Positions 58,332 to 64,000 of a DNA stretch of 64,000 nucleotides are shown here, in pieces (position 1 is the first letter of the stretch; the number at the start of each line of letters is the position of its first letter). The position numbers were made by a program, and so were the translations under genes. Origin of the DNA: an archaeon (GTDB lineage Archaea; EX4484-52; WAPT01); NCBI GenBank assembly GCA_029258795.1, contig JAPDKB010000007.1, forward strand, positions 1-64,000, read 5' to 3'. The notes under the pieces are model-generated. The model worked only from the letters and a program-made list of their open reading frames with translations, searched no databases and was not told where the DNA came from.

Positions 58332-59744
58332 TTATATCGTCCACACTTCCCTGAAGCTCATCCTGCCGGAGAGTACCATTTCCACAAGCAAGTCCCTGTT
58401 CTTCTTCTCAAACTCAAGCTTGCCGTAAATCTCGCGGGGGTCAGCATAATTGAAGTAGGAAAGCGCTTCCTTCAGCTCTTTGTGTTTTTTAGCATATTCC
58501 TTAAGCGATTTACCTTCAGCCACAGCTTCTGCTGCCTGCCTCATGGCTCTGGCTCCGGCTTTCGTGCCCTTCGGATGGCCGTGCACGCCACCCCCTGCCT
58601 GCGCAGTAACATTTTTGCCGTGCAAAGCTATGAGCGCTTCCATTCTTGCCGGATCGAGCCCTCCAGAAGCAACAGGCATGAGCGGCTTTATGTGGGGAGC
58701 AAACTCAAACTCCAAGGCGCCAAGGTAAAGTTTATCGTGCACCTTTCTCTTTTCTGCAATCTCGTGAAAGTGCTTTATCAAAAGCGTGCCTCCTTCCATC
58801 TTGCCCACTCCCGTGCCTATGTGGAGCTGATCCACCCCAATCATGCGGTAAAGCTTCTCAAGCACCTGAAAGTTTATGCCGAAAGATCCGCGATGCCAGG
58901 CAGCGTAGCCAGCTCTGTGTGCATGGATGGCAAGCCTCCTTTTTCTCGCTTCCTCCACCAGAAAGCTGAGCGCAGCAAATCCAAGAATGAAAACATCCAG
59001 CATTATCATGTTGTGCCCTCTTTCCACCACGTAATCCATTCTATCCAGCATCCTTTCGAAGCTCACATCGGTGATGTTGGTGCAATACAGCTTTTTCTCG
59101 CCCGTTTCCCTTTCAGCTTTATCCATCGCATCAAAGGTGGCATCAAACCTTTCCTTCCATTTGCAGAACTCCTGATCCACCAGATTCTCATCATCCTTGA
59201 CAAGGTCAAGACCACCGACCCAAGAATCGTATGCAACCTGCGCAAACTCCTTCGGAGCAAGCCCGACCTTTGGCTTGACTATGGTGCCGACATGCGGCCT
59301 TCTGTTTTTGGTGGTGCCGACATGCTTCCTTATGCCCTCAAGTCCGTAGAGCGGGCCCTTGAACTGCTTCTGGAACTCAGCGGGGAACTTTATGTCCAGC
59401 ACGTAAAGCTCGTCCAGCTCTTTCAGGCCAAATATGTTTCCGAGCACTGACGCTTGGAATTGCAGCAGGTTTTTGGTGTCGAAATGCTGGAAGGGATAAG
59501 CCACAAAAACGTAGCCGGATGTCTCGCTCGTTTTCTCGATTCTGAAAACTCTTGCTCTGTATTCCTTCAGAACTTTCTCGTTCATGGTCTTAATCGCGAC
59601 CCATGTTCCGACCGAGCTCTCGGAAGCCACGGCTTCAGCAAGCTTCTCCACCCTTTCCTTTCCCTTCACCCAGAAAAGCACGATGAAATCATCCTTTCCC
59701 GGCTGGTAATCCGGCTCAAGATAACTGTAGCCGCCGTATGCCAT
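58332..59744 (-). CDS. rbcL: form III(-like) RuBisCO large subunit
   Basis: ESSVGTW, GN, KPKVG, KDDE, HAHRA, DQLH, GKMEG, ASGG, AGGGVHGHP. Confidence 0.93.
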   Translation of the reverse strand: MAYGGYSYLEPDYQPGKDDFIVLFWVKGKERVEKLAEAVASESSVGTWVAIKTMNEKVLKEYRARVFRIEKTSETSGYVFVAYPFQHFDTKNLLQFQASVLGNIFGLKELDELYVLDIKFPAEFQKQFKGPLYGLEGIRKHVGTTKNRRPHVGTIVKPKVGLAPKEFAQVAYDSWVGGLDLVKDDENLVDQEFCKWKERFDATFDAMDKAERETGEKKLYCTNITDVSFERMLDRMDYVVERGHNMIMLDVFILGFAALSFLVEEARKRRLAIHAHRAGYAAWHRGSFGINFQVLEKLYRMIGVDQLHIGTGVGKMEGGTLLIKHFHEIAEKRKVHDKLYLGALEFEFAPHIKPLMPVASGGLDPARMEALIALHGKNVTAQAGGGVHGHPKGTKAGARAMRQAAEAVAEGKSLKEYAKKHKELKEALSYFNYADPREIYGKLEFEKKNRDLLVEMVLSGRMSFREVWTI

Positions 59745-59803
59745 AAAACCCACCACTGTCCTGCACTCAACATATCTAAAGTTTTCGTTCCAATATATAA
59801 ATT

Positions 59804-60100
59804 ATGGTCGCCGACAATAACAACACCCGGACTGCAGCTCTCATAAGAGTATATGGCGTGGTGCAGGGCGTTGGCTACAGGGCTTTTGCCATGCAGCGTG
59901 CAGAAAGGTTGGGGCTGGTTGGCTACGTGAGGAATCTGGATGACGGAAGCGTGGAAGTTTATGCGGAAGGGGAAAAGCAGGCAATAGAAGCGCTGATAAA
60001 AGAACTGGAAGAAGGTCCGTTTCTTGCAAGGGTGGAGAAGGTGGATGTGCAGTGGGTCGAGCCCTCAGGAAGCTATGAGGAGTTCAGGATAGAATATTGA
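59804..60100 (+). CDS. acyP: acylphosphatase
   Basis: GVVQGVGYR, GYVRNLDDGSVE. Confidence 0.95.
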   Translation: MVADNNNTRTAALIRVYGVVQGVGYRAFAMQRAERLGLVGYVRNLDDGSVEVYAEGEKQAIEALIKELEEGPFLARVEKVDVQWVEPSGSYEEFRIEY

Positions 60101-60161
60101 TGGAAACGAAAAAGCTGAGCGAGTTATTGCAAGTTATTGACAACAACATGCAACAACAAAA

Positions 60162-61478
60162 TCACAACCCGAAGCCCGGCATGAGCTTGCCCATCTTCAT
60201 TCCCCTCCTGAACATCCTGCCCTTCTTCAGCTTCCTGATCATCTTCTTCATTTCCTTGTAAGCTTTGATTAGTTCAGCTACTTCTTCAGGCTTCGTTCCG
60301 CTACCCCTCGCTATCCTCTCGATTCTGGAGCGGTTTATGATTTCGGGATTCATCCTCTCTTCCTTCGTCATCGAATCTATCATGTACTTCCACTTTTTGA
60401 ACTTCTCCTCCTGCACCTCCAGCATATCCTTCGGTATCTTCACACCCGGCAGCGGAAGCATCTCCATAATTCTGGCAAGTCCGCCCATCTTCCTAACATT
60501 TTCTATTTGCGCGTAGAAATCCAGAATGGTGAACTCGCCCTCCAGCATTCTTTTTGCCTGCTCCTCATCCACAACTTCTTTTGCCTTTTCAAGCAGCGTT
60601 TGCAGATCACCCATACCAAGGAGGCGAGAGACAAACCTGACGGGATCGTACTCCTCAAGATCGTCTATTTTCTCTCCAACCCCTATGAACTTGACTTTTG
60701 CTCCAGAGGCGTGACAGGCAGAGAGAGCTCCACCCCCCTTGGCTGATGAGTCCATTTTGGTCACTATTATTCCTGTTATGCCTATCGCTTCGTTGAATCC
60801 TTTGGCTTGAGTGTAAGCCGCCTGTCCGATATCCCCAGATATAACGAGCCATTTTTCATCAGGATTGAGAATGCTCACTATAGATTTGAGTTCATGAATG
60901 AGCTCGTCATCCAGCGCTGACCTTCCTGCAGAGTCCACAATCATAACATCATACTTTTTCTCATCATAAACTCTCATCGCTTCCCGTACGATTTTCGTCG
61001 CATCCCTCTCGTTCTCCATCCCGAAGAAATCTATGCCGTGCTTCTCACACAGTTGTTTGAGCTGAGCATAAGCGGCTGGCCTGTGCACATCTGCCGCAAC
61101 CGCAAGCACCTTCAAGCCGCGCTTCATGAAATACCTCGCGAGTTTAGCAGTACTCGTTGTCTTCCCGCTTCCGTAAATTCCCACAAGCAGAATCTTCTGC
61201 TTACCGATGTTGATTTCAGCTTTACTCTCTCCCAGCAACTCCACAAGCTCGTCATAAACAACCTTTATAACATGCTCCCTTCTTGTCATTCCTGCGGGGG
61301 GTTCTTTTTCAAGTGCTCTTTCCTTTATCCGCTTGGAAAGTTCAAAAACCAGCTTTACATCAACATCCGATTGAATAAGAACACGCTGAATATTCCTCAC
61401 AAGTTCTTCCACTTCCGCTTTACCTGGGGAGGGCTTTGAAAGGAAAGCCCCCACAGCATCCTTAAGCTTGGATAGCAT
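60162..61478 (-). CDS. srp54: signal recognition particle protein SRP54
   Basis: GIYGSGKTT, DSAGR, TKMD, M-domain SRIERIARGSG. Confidence 0.96.
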   Translation of the reverse strand: MLSKLKDAVGAFLSKPSPGKAEVEELVRNIQRVLIQSDVDVKLVFELSKRIKERALEKEPPAGMTRREHVIKVVYDELVELLGESKAEINIGKQKILLVGIYGSGKTTSTAKLARYFMKRGLKVLAVAADVHRPAAYAQLKQLCEKHGIDFFGMENERDATKIVREAMRVYDEKKYDVMIVDSAGRSALDDELIHELKSIVSILNPDEKWLVISGDIGQAAYTQAKGFNEAIGITGIIVTKMDSSAKGGGALSACHASGAKVKFIGVGEKIDDLEEYDPVRFVSRLLGMGDLQTLLEKAKEVVDEEQAKRMLEGEFTILDFYAQIENVRKMGGLARIMEMLPLPGVKIPKDMLEVQEEKFKKWKYMIDSMTKEERMNPEIINRSRIERIARGSGTKPEEVAELIKAYKEMKKMIRKLKKGRMFRRGMKMGKLMPGFGL

Positions 61479-61613
61479 GAACGTTGTTTTGGTGGCTTAA
61501 TTTTTTAAGATTGTAAAGCTTGTTTAGGGCGTGCTCTGTGCGAGCTGTGCAAACGCAGCACATTTTTAAAGGTTCATGTACAGAAGCATGGTAAAGCGAT
61601 AGAGGTGTGTAGA

Positions 61614-62039
61614 ATGGTGGATGAGCAGCAGAGGTTTGCAAAAATCATGCAGGCGGAAATTTATGGGCAGGAGATGAAGAAGCTGGAGCAGGAATACGGC
61701 ATGTTGATGATGCGGCTTCAGGAACTGGAAAAAACCGTAAAGGCACTGGATGACGTGATCGCAAAGAAAAAATTCAAGGCGATGGTTCCGTTAGGGAGCG
61801 GTATATTCCTCAATACTGAAGTGAATGACGTCTCTCAGTTTCTTGTTGCGGTCAGCTCAAAATATCTGGTTAAGATGGATCCGAAAAGGGCAAGAGAGTT
61901 CCTACAGGAACAGAAGAAGCTTGTGGAGGATGCTGCTGAAAGGCTTGAGAAGCAGTTCGAAGCTCTGGAAGAACAGCTTCAGAAGGTCGTCAACGAGCTG
62001 CAGGAAATGGAACGGGAAACCGAAAGCCATAATGAGTGA
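61614..62039 (+). CDS. pfdA: prefoldin alpha subunit
   Basis: Coiled coil, beta hairpins (MVPLGSG), coiled coil; upstream of ftsY. Confidence 0.87.
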   Translation: MVDEQQRFAKIMQAEIYGQEMKKLEQEYGMLMMRLQELEKTVKALDDVIAKKKFKAMVPLGSGIFLNTEVNDVSQFLVAVSSKYLVKMDPKRAREFLQEQKKLVEDAAERLEKQFEALEEQLQKVVNELQEMERETESHNE

Positions 62040-62080
62040 TGGTTCATTTTTACTTTCACACTGGCGCAGGTGGAAGGAGG

Positions 62081-62566
62081 ATGGTAAGAGGAAGTGTGGT
62101 TGATGAAGCCCCTCATATCAACGATTTTGCCAAGGACCCTTACAAAGACAGAATAGTTGTCGGAGTGATCATCTATATCTTCGATGAAAAGGGCAGAACA
62201 CTTCTGTTTAAGAGGAAGAACCACCCGTATCAGGGTTACTGGGAAGCTGTCGGAGGTAAGGTGAACTTTCTGGAAAGGCTGGAGGAAGCGGCTGTACGTG
62301 AAGCGGAGGAGGAAGCGGGAATAAAGATAGAGGAGGAAGATCTCAAATTCGTGTGTGTTTTTCAGCATATAGTGAAGAAGGAAAGATATCATCGTGTTCT
62401 TGTGGTTTATGCCACCAAGGTTGATTCGTCGGTGCATATAAAACTCAGCGAGCATGATGAGTATGGATGGTTCGAGATGAATAAACTGCCGGAAAAGTTT
62501 CTCTGCGGGCCTGTGGAAGAAGCTTACAAAGTGGTGTTCGGTGAAGAACCGTGCTTAAACGACTGA
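62081..62566 (+). CDS. NUDIX hydrolase
   Basis: Nudix box GKVNFLERLEEAAVREAEEEAGI; SEH..YGW. Confidence 0.9.
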   Translation: MVRGSVVDEAPHINDFAKDPYKDRIVVGVIIYIFDEKGRTLLFKRKNHPYQGYWEAVGGKVNFLERLEEAAVREAEEEAGIKIEEEDLKFVCVFQHIVKKERYHRVLVVYATKVDSSVHIKLSEHDEYGWFEMNKLPEKFLCGPVEEAYKVVFGEEPCLND

Positions 62567-63591
62567 AGAAAAGACTGGAGAGTATTTTCAAGGATGTGGA
62601 AGAAGAACTTGAAGAGAAGGAAGTGGAAGGGCTGGAAGGTAAAGAATCTAAGGATGGGATGGCAAAAGAGGTTAATGGTAGTGGTGAGGTTAGAAAAGAC
62701 GAGGGGAGGGCTGCTGAAAAAAGCAAAGCACTGCCATTGTTAACGGTTAAGCTTGATGAGAGTAAGCTTGATGATCTTCTCTGGCAGGTGGAGCTTGCGA
62801 TGCTGGAAAACAATGTGGCTGAGGAAGCATCTTCCTTCATCTGCCAGAAAGCGAAGGAAAAGTTGATGGGTAAGGTTGTGAGCAGAAAGGACGTTGGTAA
62901 GGTTGTCAAGCAGGCCATAAGGGATGTGATGGAAGAGCTTTTAACATGGGATGATGTTGATGTTGTCAAGATTGTTGAGGGAAGAGCGAAGGAAGGTAAG
63001 CCAGCACTCATTCTTTTCTTTGGATTTAACGGTACGGGTAAGACGACAACCATGGCTAAAGTGGCGAAGATGCTTAAAGATCACGGCTTCAGTGTCGTTT
63101 TTGCGGCAGCAGACACTTTCCGTGCTGCTAGCATAGAGCAGCTGGAGGAGCACGGTTCGAAGCTGGGTATTAGAGTGATAAAGCACAAGTACGGCTCTGA
63201 CCCCGCTGCCGTGATTTTTGATGCCATGCGCTATGCGGAAAGCAAGGGGATAAACGCTGTGCTTGCAGATACAGCGGGGAGGAGTCACGCTGACAGAAAC
63301 CTTCTGGAAGAGCTGAAGAAGATCGTGAGGGTGAACAAGCCAGATCTGCGCATCCTTGTGCTTGAAGCCATAGCTGGCAACGATATAGTGGAGCAGGCGA
63401 GGAGGTTTGAGGAGGCGGGAGTGGATGGGATAATTCTAACCAAGTGGGATGTTGATGAGAGGGGGGGAGCCGCTGTCTCAGTTTCCTACGTATTGAAAAA
63501 GCCCATCCTCTTCATAGGCACGGGACAGAACTATGAGGATTTGGAGAAGTTTGACAAAAAGAGGGTGCTGGACGAGATAATCGGAAACTGA
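62551..63591 (+). CDS. ftsY: SRP receptor FtsY
   Basis: GFNGTGKTT, DTFRAAS, DTAGR, TKWD, GTGQ. Confidence 0.96.
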   Translation: MLKRLKKRLESIFKDVEEELEEKEVEGLEGKESKDGMAKEVNGSGEVRKDEGRAAEKSKALPLLTVKLDESKLDDLLWQVELAMLENNVAEEASSFICQKAKEKLMGKVVSRKDVGKVVKQAIRDVMEELLTWDDVDVVKIVEGRAKEGKPALILFFGFNGTGKTTTMAKVAKMLKDHGFSVVFAAADTFRAASIEQLEEHGSKLGIRVIKHKYGSDPAAVIFDAMRYAESKGINAVLADTAGRSHADRNLLEELKKIVRVNKPDLRILVLEAIAGNDIVEQARRFEEAGVDGIILTKWDVDERGGAAVSVSYVLKKPILFIGTGQNYEDLEKFDKKRVLDEIIGN

Positions 63592-63629
63592 TATAAAGAT
63601 TTAAATTCTAGTTTTTTGTGGGGGTTGAA

Positions 63630-64000
63630 ATGGTGTTGACAATAAGGAAGATAAAGAGTAAAGAAATGGAAGATGTTGAACTTTCTGAGGTGGAGGCAAA
63701 GATAGAACAATTGAAAAAAGAAGTAGAAGAAAAAAAGAAAAAGGAAAAAACATTGATTAGTAAAAAGAAAGATGATGAAGAAAATAAAAAAATTAAAAAA
63801 GAAATTAGTTCGCTTCATAATGAGGTAGAAATGCTCAAGATGGAAGTTGATAAAATTAAAAATATCGAGAGCTCTGAGCTAAACCAAAAAATCAAAATTC
63901 TTGAAGCCGAATTGAATGGATTAAAACCGGTTGTCGATAATTTGCGTGCTGAGTTTGAATCCAGTGAAAAGAGAAAGGATGATTTGAACAGAATAAAAGA
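63630..64000 (+). CDS. 5' part of a coiled-coil protein (runs off the window)
   Basis: Open frame from ATG 63630: MVLTIRKIKSKEMEDVELSEVEAKIEQLKKE...; no stop before the window end. Confidence 0.75.
   Translation, partial: MVLTIRKIKSKEMEDVELSEVEAKIEQLKKEVEEKKKKEKTLISKKKDDEENKKIKKEISSLHNEVEMLKMEVDKIKNIESSELNQKIKILEAELNGLKPVVDNLRAEFESSEKRKDDLNRIK

Noticed and set aside
58323-59450. 375-aa plus-strand ORF
   Set aside because: Antisense shadow of rbcL with no recognisable motifs
1-64000. CRISPR arrays, tRNA/rRNA, SRP or RNase P RNA, transposases, integrases, defence systems
   Set aside because: No spaced repeats or cloverleafs seen by eye, intergenic gaps are short, and no ORF has mobile-element motifs; a tRNAscan/Infernal run would be the definitive check

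Overview
Gene-dense archaeal chromosome segment. The gene content (SepF, form III RuBisCO, GT3 glycogen synthase, RNase P proteins, many TATA-leaderless genes, E/K-rich proteins) suggests a DPANN lineage such as Aenigmarchaeota, probably thermophilic; this assignment is inference. Housekeeping genes cover DNA repair (Hel308, Hef, AlkA-like), transcription (Rpo7, Spt4, NusA-like, aCPSF1/FttA), translation and tRNA maturation (Kae1, Sua5, ABCE1, Pop5/Rpp30, GluRS, eS24/eS28/eS31/eL24/eL8), proteasome beta, SRP54/FtsY and prefoldin. Three accessory blocks: a sugar-nucleotide block (GlmU-like, HAD, YvcK, GT4, YdcF), a divergent gluconeogenesis/glycogen locus (PGM, FBP aldolase/phosphatase, GH133 | GT3, N-domain-only GT4, GT4, GH57), and a PadR-associated export operon (COG1361, ABC-2, two half-size RND/MMPL proteins). 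No rRNA, tRNA, CRISPR array, transposase or integrase was seen. Most notable: a 125-bp near-perfect repeat that homogenises both ATPase sites of ABCE1; a kink-turn over the L7Ae ribosome-binding site; a pore-less voltage-sensor-like protein; a pseudo-GT4 in the glycogen locus; a RuBisCO with a C-terminal extension; and a 27-aa membrane peptide with its own promoter. All product calls come from reading motifs by eye; no database search was run.
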